Shown: positions 1 through 8,496 of the stretch, one piece after another
How the letters are laid out: the number at the start of each line of letters is the position of its first letter
Numbering within the stretch: position 1 is the first letter of the stretch
Assembly: GCA_964612505.1 (NCBI GenBank)
Contig: CAZTEX010000011.1
Span: forward strand, 1,441 to 65,440
Reading direction: 5' to 3'
Length of the DNA: 64,000 nucleotides
From: an uncultured bacterium
GTDB lineage: Bacteria; Chlamydiota; Chlamydiia; Chlamydiales; JAAZZY01
The notes under the pieces: model-generated
Database searches by the model: none
What the model was told of the DNA's origin: nothing
The model's input: the letters and a program-made list of their open reading frames with translations, nothing else
Made by a program: the position numbers and the translations under genes

Positions 1-3000
1 TTTGTTGAATGGAGCGCATCTTTTTGCCAGGGGGCTGAGCGATGATTTCAATACCAGCTTCTAAAATGTCTTCGTTAGGGTTAAGTTCTAAGTCCGCTTC
101 TCCCCCATTGAATAAAAGGGTGTAGTTTGCTTTGAAATGTTTACGAATATTTTCAAAAGTTTCTGAAAACATCTGGCGACTTGTGTTATCGAGTTCAGAG
201 ATAACTTCAACGAGCTTATCTTTAGATTGATTTAAGTCGTCTACTTGACATTGAAGAAATGTAAATCGCTCTTGTTGCTCCTTACAATCAGCAACAGCTT
301 TTAAGTTGACTTCGGTGAAACCCGTTAAGCTGCGGCGCAGCCTTTTGACGTCTCGATCTGCTTTGATAATGGAAAATTCTTCAGGTATAGAAAATAAAAG
401 AATCTGCTCTTTTTCAAATTGATATTTTTCAAAGATCTCACCAAAGTAAAGATTGTTTTCAGCTTGTAGCTGGGCGCTTTGATTGTTAATCTCTATATCA
501 GCCCCTTGAAGACTTTCTAATTCCAGCCGTAGATTAGATAACTTTAGGCTCCAAGCACTCTCTTCTTTTTCCAGCTTTTCTAAGCCATCTTCACAGCTAT
601 GATAATATTGATCTGCATTTGTTAACTTCTCAGTCAGTTCTTTTTCTTTTTGTTGGTAGCTTGGACTTTCCTCGGAAAGCTTATGATAAGTATTTTCATT
701 AGACTCAATTTGAGAGTTCATCTTTTGAATCTGATCTTCAAAGTCGACACTTTTTGATTCAAAAACTTTAATGGCTTCATTGAGTGCTTGTGAATCTCTT
801 TCTATATGTTTAATGCGGTTTTCAAGTGATTGTTTGAGAGAGCGCTTTTCATTGAGTTGTTGAAAATTTCTTTCAAATTCATTTTCAATTTTTTTGAAAT
901 GAGACTCTAATTGAGCACGTTTATCTTTTTCTTGATGATAAAGCTCTGCTGTTTCTTTTTGTTTTTTTTCTAATAAAAGGAGTGTGTCGCTTAAAGAGGT
1001 TCTTTTTTCTTGAAAATCTTTAGAGTTGTTTTCAAGTCTTGCTATTTCTTCTTGAAGAGATCTTGTTTTTAATTCACTTTCTCGAAGAGCCATGTTCAAT
1101 TTATGAAATTGCAGATTGAGGCTTTTTTGCTCATTTAAAGAAATGTCATAATTTTTTTGTTTCTCTTGTAATAAATTACTGAGCTCTAATTTTTCTTGTT
1201 CGAGAATCAAAAGCTCTTTGTAGGTCGATTGCAGTTCACTTTCTCTTAAAAAGAGATTGTTTTTTTCTTGAGCTAGATGATGAATCACTTTTTTATGATC
1301 GATAAAAAATTCTTTGTTAATCAAACAAAAAGAGGTTGAATTGCCTGAAATAACATCGCTCTCTGTGACTTGGCTCAAGAAGTGATTTGAGACAATATTA
1401 GGTTTTGCAAACGCTTGGTGAGCGCTTTGCTGGCTGAGATGTTCAATGCATAAAATGGAGAAGTTTTGCAAGTTGTGCTCTTTAGCAAAACTCAAGATAA
1501 CTTCTAAGTCTTGCTGAGATTTTGTGACGATGGTTTGCAAGTATGGGCCCAGCAGGGCAGCGAGACATGTTTCATACCCAGCTTCTGGATTAATCCACTC
1601 CGCTAAAGGAGAAAGTTTGCCAAAAAGGGAATGCGAAGGATTTTTTGAGCTTTCGAGTAGTTTTTTAGTCGCTCTTCCATAGCCATCAAATTCATCTTTC
1701 AACTTTTGAAGTAAGCCGACCTTGGCATTTTTGGAAGTAATTTTATCAGAAAGAAGAGAAAAGGCCTCTTTTAATGAGTCCATTTGCTCTTTTTGCTCGA
1801 GCAGAAGGGTGTGGACCTCTTCTAAGCTTTGCTGTGTTTCTTGAAGGGCTTTTTGTGATTCTGTATGGCTGAGTGCAAAAGAGTCTAGTAGCGCTTGTTT
1901 TTCAGACAGGCGATGAGTGGCCTCTTTTTCCATTTCAAGAAGATTTGTTTGTCTCTCTAAAGTGTTGTCTAACTGAGACGTGGCTCGCCCTAACTGCATT
2001 TGTAGATCGTTTTCAAAGTTGACTGTTTTCATTAAAGCGCTTTGACTTTCTTTTCTGTGAATGCTTTCTTGATGAACTCTTTTTTCAAGCTCTTCTAAAA
2101 AAGAAAAAGATTTGTGATGTTCTTCAGTCAGAGTCGACAAATCGTTTTGGTGAGTTTTTAACTTATCTTGGTTAGCGAGATAGACTTTATGTTCTTGCAG
2201 ATGCTTTTGATGAAATTGCTGCAATGCCTGCTTTAAATGTTGCCCTTGTTCTAAAATTTCTTCGAGCTTCTTTTGATGTGTCTTAAATTCAAAAGAGACA
2301 AGCTCTTTGGCTTTTTTAAATTCAAAGAAGTTTTCATATGCTTTTTTAGCCAGTTCGGATTGCTCTTGATAGCTTATTTTATGAGTTTTTAGATTCTCTT
2401 CAATCTCGGTAATTTGTGTCTTAATCTGGCTTTGTTGAAATGCTTTCTCTTTTAAAAAGGCCTTCAGCTCTGTCTGCTTTTTGTCATTTTCTTGCCATTT
2501 GGCAATAATCAATTCTTGATCGAGTTTTTCTAATTCATCTTTTTGTTTTTTATAGATCTGAGCTTCTTCTGCTTGTTTTTGCAAAGTTTCAATTTGCTTG
2601 TTGACCTCAGCTTGAATATCCAAAACTCGTTTTAGATTGGTTTCTACTTGGCCTAGCTTGCGAAAAGCCTCTTTGCGCTTTTCTTTAAAATGCATGATTT
2701 TAGCAGCTTCTTCAAAAATGTCTCGACGTTCGTAAGGGGTAGACATAATTAAGTCATCAATTTTGCCTTGTTCAAAAATATAAAAGGCATTTTTACCAAG
2801 TCCTGCTTCCCATAAGAGTTGATGAATATCTTTGAGGCGTGCTGGATTGCGGTTGACAAGCCATTCTGATTCACCGGTTCTATAGAGTCTACGTGTAATG
2901 CAAATCTCTTGATAGTCTACCGATAAGGATTGTTTAATATTGGTGAACGTTAAAGAAATCTGAGCGTAATTGAGAGGGCTTCTTTTGGCTGTTCCTGAGA

Positions 3001-3196
3001 AAATAACATCGGTCATTTTGTCGCTGCGCAAAGCCTTCGCTGTCGGCCCGCCAAGTACCCAGCGAAAAGCATCGACAACATTGGATTTACCACAACCATT
3101 GGGTCCGACAATCGCAGTCACTGGTTTGGAGAAATGAATTGTGGTTTTATCGGCAAAAGATTTGAAGCCGAAAATCTCAATTTTTTCTAGATACAT
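1..3196 (-). CDS. smc: chromosome segregation ATPase SMC (N-terminal ~1065 codons; C-terminus runs off the left window edge)
   Basis: Absent from the ORF track because the window edge truncates it. The reverse complement from ATG 3196..3194 reads MYLEKIEIFGFKSFADKTTIHFSKPVTAIVGPNGCGKSNVVDAFRWVLG (Walker A). The same frame at ~58..2 still reads ..AGIEIIAQPPGKKMRSIQQ, the segment preceding the SMC signature motif. The middle is long and E/K/L/Q-rich, consistent with coiled coil. Confidence 0.85.
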   Translation of the reverse strand, partial: MYLEKIEIFGFKSFADKTTIHFSKPVTAIVGPNGCGKSNVVDAFRWVLGGPTAKALRSDKMTDVIFSGTAKRSPLNYAQISLTFTNIKQSLSVDYQEICITRRLYRTGESEWLVNRNPARLKDIHQLLWEAGLGKNAFYIFEQGKIDDLIMSTPYERRDIFEEAAKIMHFKEKRKEAFRKLGQVETNLKRVLDIQAEVNKQIETLQKQAEEAQIYKKQKDELEKLDQELIIAKWQENDKKQTELKAFLKEKAFQQSQIKTQITEIEENLKTHKISYQEQSELAKKAYENFFEFKKAKELVSFEFKTHQKKLEEILEQGQHLKQALQQFHQKHLQEHKVYLANQDKLKTHQNDLSTLTEEHHKSFSFLEELEKRVHQESIHRKESQSALMKTVNFENDLQMQLGRATSQLDNTLERQTNLLEMEKEATHRLSEKQALLDSFALSHTESQKALQETQQSLEEVHTLLLEQKEQMDSLKEAFSLLSDKITSKNAKVGLLQKLKDEFDGYGRATKKLLESSKNPSHSLFGKLSPLAEWINPEAGYETCLAALLGPYLQTIVTKSQQDLEVILSFAKEHNLQNFSILCIEHLSQQSAHQAFAKPNIVSNHFLSQVTESDVISGNSTSFCLINKEFFIDHKKVIHHLAQEKNNLFLRESELQSTYKELLILEQEKLELSNLLQEKQKNYDISLNEQKSLNLQFHKLNMALRESELKTRSLQEEIARLENNSKDFQEKRTSLSDTLLLLEKKQKETAELYHQEKDKRAQLESHFKKIENEFERNFQQLNEKRSLKQSLENRIKHIERDSQALNEAIKVFESKSVDFEDQIQKMNSQIESNENTYHKLSEESPSYQQKEKELTEKLTNADQYYHSCEDGLEKLEKEESAWSLKLSNLRLELESLQGADIEINNQSAQLQAENNLYFGEIFEKYQFEKEQILLFSIPEEFSIIKADRDVKRLRRSLTGFTEVNLKAVADCKEQQERFTFLQCQVDDLNQSKDKLVEVISELDNTSRQMFSETFENIRKHFKANYTLLFNGGEADLELNPNEDILEAGIEIIAQPPGKKMRSIQQ

Positions 3197-3418
3197 TTAA
3201 AACCAAATTTTATTTTTACGTCTTGCTCTAGCTATGCCAAAAAAAGTGCTATAAAACAAGAACAAATTAACAATGTTTTAACTTTTTTAAAGAAGCGGAT
3301 ATTTTATTAAAAATGGAGATTTAATTTAATCTTTTTCAACTAAGTTAATAAGATTAATAGATATTGGACATTAAGATGAAATTAAATATTAAAATTTATT
3401 TTGACAAAAGTGAATTAT

Positions 3419-4189
3419 TTAACTGCTTGTATTTGTATTATGGCTAGAGTGGTATGCGGCGATATAAGTATTTGTTTTAGAAGATTCAAAGAATTTGCCC
3501 CCTCCAGTAAATACATAACCATCCCCTGTAAACTCACAAACAAAACCTTGCCCGGAAAATAGAAGTGGCTTTACTGCACCCCCATACATTTTTAAAGAGC
3601 AATCAAGTCCCTCTGTAAATCCAATGAGCGCTTCGTTATTAACAATCACGGGTTGATCTGATGTTATTTTGATGGCCCGAATAGGGCCGTAGAGTGAATA
3701 AATAAAAACTTTTCCCGTTTTATCGATCGTTTCTGGATCAATTGTTGCAAGTGCTGTTGAAATTCCTTTTCCTTTTAACCAACCTGTGATTCCCTCATAG
3801 CTTGTGTCGATATCAACATTGGATGAATTCCCAACTAAAGAGCCTTTACAAATGATTAAGTTAGGCGCATCAGGTGATAGCTTATACTCGAGTATTTGAT
3901 GATGAAAATTTTCTTCTAGACATATCCAACTTCCCCCGTCCTTTCCTATGACAGTATTTGTAAAAAGATATTCTGTTCCTAGAAAATAATTTTTTATTCT
4001 CTGCCACAAAGTTCTTGGGGGCATATGAGTTTCAATAGAGACGTTTTTATAAGCTAAAGTCCAATAGGCTTGAAAGTCTATAGATTCTTGAGGGTTAATT
4101 TTAATGGCTCCAATAGGCGTATCGGATGAAAGTTGAGGGTTTAGAAATGAGTCTGTAGGATCTGAAAGAAAACGAAAATTACAAGACAT
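3419..4189 (-). CDS. hypothetical protein, possible AIM24/DUF124-fold family
   Basis: 256-aa ORF. The C-terminal half (..LIICKGSLVG..VIVNNEALIGFTEGLDCSLKMYGG..LFSGQGFVCEFTGDGYVFTGGG) resembles the beta-strand/GxG pattern of AIM24 (TIGR00266) proteins, by eye only. Confidence 0.45.
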   Translation of the reverse strand: MSCNFRFLSDPTDSFLNPQLSSDTPIGAIKINPQESIDFQAYWTLAYKNVSIETHMPPRTLWQRIKNYFLGTEYLFTNTVIGKDGGSWICLEENFHHQILEYKLSPDAPNLIICKGSLVGNSSNVDIDTSYEGITGWLKGKGISTALATIDPETIDKTGKVFIYSLYGPIRAIKITSDQPVIVNNEALIGFTEGLDCSLKMYGGAVKPLLFSGQGFVCEFTGDGYVFTGGGKFFESSKTNTYIAAYHSSHNTNTSS

Positions 4190-4234
4190 TATTCAAACCT
4201 CAAAGCAAGAATGAGTTTACCCATTATTCTAGCA

Positions 4235-4909
4235 TTAAATGTAATAAAAGTAATCATTTAAAAAGCTGCGAACTGCAGGTATTGCATGATCTTTAATCCA
4301 AGCAATCGAAGGACTAGATTCTCTATTACTAGGATCGATGGAACTCAGAGCATCTTGTCGAATCGAATAAGCAAGGCATCCTAGTAAAATGGCATTGCCA
4401 ATCACTTGAGCTGGCAAAGTAGATCCAAAAGCAGTGGAGGCAAGGATAATGGGTATGCAAGATAGAGCCATATTGACTACATTGTGAGCCATCGATCTAT
4501 TAGAGCGATTTCCCGAAAGCCACTGAGTAGAAGCAATCGTAAAATCACAAGTTTGTTTAACAAAAATGCATTCCTTTAAAAAGTTAGTAGCAGGGTGCTG
4601 GCTGATTAATTGGACTGTTTGTTGCATCTCAGTAAAGTTAAAGAGAGAGCTAGCCATTTGTGTCGTTACTTGAGAGGAGAGGTTTAATTGTTCTGCGTTG
4701 GCTAACAGCGGATGAAGGGTGTTGTTCATTGGCAAGTTTGCAGCTAAATTAGGATAACCACCTAAAAAATAGAGGGATTTCGCAGCAATCTTATAAGAAG
4801 AATTACAAAGCTCCCGAGCTTTGTTTAAGATCCCATAGCCATAAATGGCTTGAAGACCTCTCTCTATTGCCGCAAACCGCATGGGAGGTTTTAAAAAATT
4901 TAGATGCAT
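4235..4909 (-). CDS. hypothetical membrane protein with bilobed hydrophobic domain (Inc-like)
   Basis: 224-aa ORF. Two adjacent hydrophobic helices are separated by a short loop (VVNMALSCIPIILASTAFG-STLPAQ-VIGNAILLGCLAYSI). This is the arrangement used to recognise chlamydial inclusion-membrane proteins. No other recognisable domain. Confidence 0.5.
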   Translation of the reverse strand: MHLNFLKPPMRFAAIERGLQAIYGYGILNKARELCNSSYKIAAKSLYFLGGYPNLAANLPMNNTLHPLLANAEQLNLSSQVTTQMASSLFNFTEMQQTVQLISQHPATNFLKECIFVKQTCDFTIASTQWLSGNRSNRSMAHNVVNMALSCIPIILASTAFGSTLPAQVIGNAILLGCLAYSIRQDALSSIDPSNRESSPSIAWIKDHAIPAVRSFLNDYFYYI

Positions 4910-5101
4910 AACGTTAGTTTTAAGTGTTACCTTGCTCAGGTTTGATTGTGCCTGATTAATGTTAAGATAGTATAAGGTTTTTAAAAAAGTCCTTCCAAAG
5001 AGGGGGTAAATAAGATATAGAATTTTTTTTACTATTAAAACTATCTTTCGATGACTTAAAATGTTTTATAAATAAAAAATTTTACACTTTTTTCTCCTAT
5101 T

Positions 5102-6385
5102 ATGATTGATATTAAGTTGCTTAGAGATAACTATTTAGATGTAGAGTCTAAATTGAAAACCAAAGATAGCACCATCGATTTAGCTCCTTTGATGGCCCTT
5201 GATGAGAAAATTCGGAACCTCAAAACAGAAGTGGAAACACTCAAAAGTGATCGCAACGTCCTCTCTAAAGAGATTGGAGAGAAAAAGCGAACAGGGGGAG
5301 ATACCAGCTCTCTTTTTAAGCAAGTAGGCCATTTTGGAGATAAAATCAAAGAAATCGACCATCAGCTGGCAGATTTAGAGGCCTCCTTTGAACAGAAGCT
5401 CTCCATATTGCCCAATATCCCTCAAGATGGGATCAAAGTCTCATTAGATCCCAAAGATAATGTCTGCGTTAAAGAGCATGGAAAAAAAACACATTTTAGC
5501 TTTCCATTTAAAAACCACCTTGAGCTCAATGAGCATCATGATCTTTTTGATTTAGAAAGAGGGGCTAAGATCTCTGGGGCGGGTTGGCCTGTCTATCGAG
5601 GATTAGGAGCAAGACTAGAGTGGGCACTTTTAAATTTGATGCTTGATTTTCATATTAAGAACGGCTTTCTTCAGTGGATACCCCCTTTGCTGGTGCGCCC
5701 AGAAATGATGTATGGGGCTGGACAATATCCAAAATTTAAAGATCAGGCTTATGAACTCAGTGATGAGCAATATGATTTATGTCTCATTCCAACTGCAGAA
5801 GTGGCTTTAAATGCCCTTCACTTGGATGAAATTTTAACAGAAGAAGAACTTCCCCTGAAATATGTGGCTTACACACCTTGCTTTCGCAGAGAAGCTGGCG
5901 CAGCAGGCAAAAATGAACGGGGACTTATCCGCACTCATCAATTTAATAAAGTGGAAATGTTTGCTTTTTGTCACCCTGACAAAAGTGAGAATATGTTTAA
6001 TCTTTTTGTAGAAAGTGCAGAAGCTATTTTAGAATTGCTAGAACTTCCCTACAAAAGAATGCTTTTAGTCACAGGGGATATGTCCTTTGCTGCAGCTAAA
6101 ACTATTGACATTGAAGTTTTTTTACCAGGCCAAGATCGCTATATGGAAGTCTCCTCTATTTCCAACTGCAGCGATTTTCAGGCAAGAAGATCTAAGATCC
6201 GCTTTAAGTCGAAAGGGGGAGACAAACCTCGCTTTGTACACACTCTCAATGGCTCTGGACTTGCGACCTCTCGCGTTATGGTGGCTCTTTTAGAAAATCA
6301 TCAAAAAGCAGATGGATCTATTGCCATTCCTAAAGCGTTGCAGAGATATTTTGATGGTAAAGAAAAGTTGTTACCTAAGCGTTAA
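5102..6385 (+). CDS. serS: seryl-tRNA synthetase
   Basis: 427 aa with an N-terminal coiled-coil arm. Class II motifs are present: ..YTPCFRREAGAAGKNERGLIRTHQFNKVE.. and ..LNGSGLATSRVMVALLENHQ.. Confidence 0.95.
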   Translation: MIDIKLLRDNYLDVESKLKTKDSTIDLAPLMALDEKIRNLKTEVETLKSDRNVLSKEIGEKKRTGGDTSSLFKQVGHFGDKIKEIDHQLADLEASFEQKLSILPNIPQDGIKVSLDPKDNVCVKEHGKKTHFSFPFKNHLELNEHHDLFDLERGAKISGAGWPVYRGLGARLEWALLNLMLDFHIKNGFLQWIPPLLVRPEMMYGAGQYPKFKDQAYELSDEQYDLCLIPTAEVALNALHLDEILTEEELPLKYVAYTPCFRREAGAAGKNERGLIRTHQFNKVEMFAFCHPDKSENMFNLFVESAEAILELLELPYKRMLLVTGDMSFAAAKTIDIEVFLPGQDRYMEVSSISNCSDFQARRSKIRFKSKGGDKPRFVHTLNGSGLATSRVMVALLENHQKADGSIAIPKALQRYFDGKEKLLPKR

Positions 6386-6438
6386 AAAAATAGAAGTCTT
6401 CTTGCATACAACGTCTAAAAACGATATATACAAAGGCT

Positions 6439-7731
6439 ATGTCATACTTATTTAAATTTATTAAAAACTCTGTCTCTTATTTCCATACGATTGAGCAAGC
6501 TAAGTTGCTGCTCTCTACTCACGGCTTTGAAGAACTTGACGAAAAGAATGAATTTACTTTGAAAGCAAATGGAAAATACTATGTGATCAGAGATGACAGC
6601 GCGCTAATTGCGTTTGTCATTCCAACAAAAAAACAAATTAGCAAAGCTCATATCCTGCTCAGCCATGCTGATAGTCCCACCTTTCGCATCAAACCAAATG
6701 GTGAGTATCAGAATGAAAATATGCTGTTATGGGGGCTAGAAACTTATGGTGGTCCGATTTATTCCACGTGGTTTAATCGTAATTTAGGTTTTGCTGGAAG
6801 AGTTTTTTATGAGCAAAATAAAAAAATACACAGTACCCTTGTCCGATTTGATGACAATCCTATAATCATTACTCAACTTCCAATCCATATCGACCGCAAT
6901 ATCAACACTGAAGGGATGAAAGTCAACGCTCAAGAACAACTCAATGCTTTGGTTGCCCTGCAAGAGAAAGATCCAAAGAATAAAGAAACTTCCAAGAATT
7001 TGCTAGAAAGCTGTCTGAAAAAAAAGATCAAGTTTACTAAACTTTTAAATCATGAGTTATTTGTCTATCCATTAGAAGAGCCTCGATTTTTAGGATTTGA
7101 TAAGGATCTTTTTTCTGCTCCTCGCATTGATAATTTAGCTAGTGCTTCTGCGAGCTTAGAAGCTTTTTGTGAGAGCAGCAAACAAACAAGTGAAACCCAT
7201 TTAAATATGATTTATTTGGCCTCTCATGAAGAGGTGGGCTCTAGAACTTTTTCAGGGGCAGATTCTCCTTTTTTTGGTAGCGTCTTTGAACGCATTTTTT
7301 TTCAACTTGGGCTTTCCTTTGAAAAGCTTCAACAATGTTTAGCTCAATCTACAGCCTATTCGATTGACGGCTCTCATGCTTTGGATCCTAAACATAAAGA
7401 TTCTTATGAACCAAGGCACACCCCTCTTTTGGGTAATGGAATTACCATTAAAGTCGATTCTAGTGCTTGTTATGCCTATAATGCCCAAATGGTAGCTCGC
7501 CTTCAAGCGTTGCCAGCCAAGCATCAAATTAAATTTCAAACTTACCTTAAAAAAGGTGACCAACGTCAAGGTAGTACTATCGGGCCTATATTTACTAAAA
7601 ATTTAGGTGTAAAAACGTTAGATATAGGTCTTGCGCAACTATCAATGCATTCTTCTTGTGAAGTTGGCTCTTGCTGTGATTATGATCAATTAGTTAAACT
7701 ATTGAGTTTAATTTTAAAAGATCAATTATAA
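6439..7731 (+). CDS. M18 family aminopeptidase (aspartyl aminopeptidase-like)
   Basis: 430 aa. Motifs ..LLSHADSPTFRIKPNG.., ..SHEEVGSRTFSGADSPF.., ..GSTIGPI.. and ..LSMHS.. match the M18 family layout. Confidence 0.8.
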   Translation: MSYLFKFIKNSVSYFHTIEQAKLLLSTHGFEELDEKNEFTLKANGKYYVIRDDSALIAFVIPTKKQISKAHILLSHADSPTFRIKPNGEYQNENMLLWGLETYGGPIYSTWFNRNLGFAGRVFYEQNKKIHSTLVRFDDNPIIITQLPIHIDRNINTEGMKVNAQEQLNALVALQEKDPKNKETSKNLLESCLKKKIKFTKLLNHELFVYPLEEPRFLGFDKDLFSAPRIDNLASASASLEAFCESSKQTSETHLNMIYLASHEEVGSRTFSGADSPFFGSVFERIFFQLGLSFEKLQQCLAQSTAYSIDGSHALDPKHKDSYEPRHTPLLGNGITIKVDSSACYAYNAQMVARLQALPAKHQIKFQTYLKKGDQRQGSTIGPIFTKNLGVKTLDIGLAQLSMHSSCEVGSCCDYDQLVKLLSLILKDQL

Positions 7732-7739
7732 TTAACTAG

Positions 7740-8495
7740 ATGAACAATTTTAAAGAAGAACACTTTGAAGGCAAAAATGCCTACGAGCATATTTTGCAAA
7801 AAAAAAGTGAAATAGCCAGCGAAATTCATGGTGAAGAGCTTCCAGGTCATTATGGAGCTTTTTTAGATGCCATGCGAGATGTCTCCATCTTGTTGATAGT
7901 CTTTTGTACAGTAGCCTTTGCTTGTGGCATTTCTTTAAAGCAAACCATGTTCATCTTGGTTCTTTTGACCCTTGCTTGGGCAGTGTGGAAAACCATTCGC
8001 TCCTCCTGGTTTAGTTGGTCACTCTTAGAGCGTCTTCATCGCGTGTTGCAAGAAGAGCGCTATGAAATTGAGCATCATAGAGAACAAGAAAAAGAAGAGC
8101 TTACTGCACTTTATGCCTCCAAAGGATTTCAAGGAGAGCTTTTAGAAGAGGTCATCCATGTGCTGATGGCAGATGATGAGCGCTTATTAAAAGTCATGAT
8201 GGAAGAAGAAATGGGGCTCAATTTAGAGCATTATGAACATCCTCTTAAAATAGGAATGGGAGCGGCTCTAGGTTCATTAACGGCTGGAGCTTTATTAATT
8301 CTGGGACAATGGCTATGGCCCTATTTTGGATTAATTGCTTTAGCCATTATCATTAAAAGTAGCGCTGGAATCATCATGGCAAAACTACAAAAAAATGATA
8401 AACTATCTGCTTTAATTTGGAACTTTGGAGCTGCTATTGTCATGGTTGGCGTCAGCTATTTTTTAACTAAATGGATACAACCGTTATTTAATTGA
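7740..8495 (+). CDS. VIT1/CCC1-like membrane protein (putative Fe/Mn exporter family, divergent N-terminal half)
   Basis: 251 aa. A Glu-rich cytoplasmic segment (QEERYEIEHHREQEKEELTALYASKGFQGELLEEVIHVLMADDERLLKVMMEEEMGL) is flanked by TM helices as in VIT1 (PF01988). The N-terminal GANDG / SMAxGEYxS motifs are not recognisable. The stop lies 1 nt before the ATPase start. Confidence 0.6.
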   Translation: MNNFKEEHFEGKNAYEHILQKKSEIASEIHGEELPGHYGAFLDAMRDVSILLIVFCTVAFACGISLKQTMFILVLLTLAWAVWKTIRSSWFSWSLLERLHRVLQEERYEIEHHREQEKEELTALYASKGFQGELLEEVIHVLMADDERLLKVMMEEEMGLNLEHYEHPLKIGMGAALGSLTAGALLILGQWLWPYFGLIALAIIIKSSAGIIMAKLQKNDKLSALIWNFGAAIVMVGVSYFLTKWIQPLFN

Positions 8496-8496
8496 T

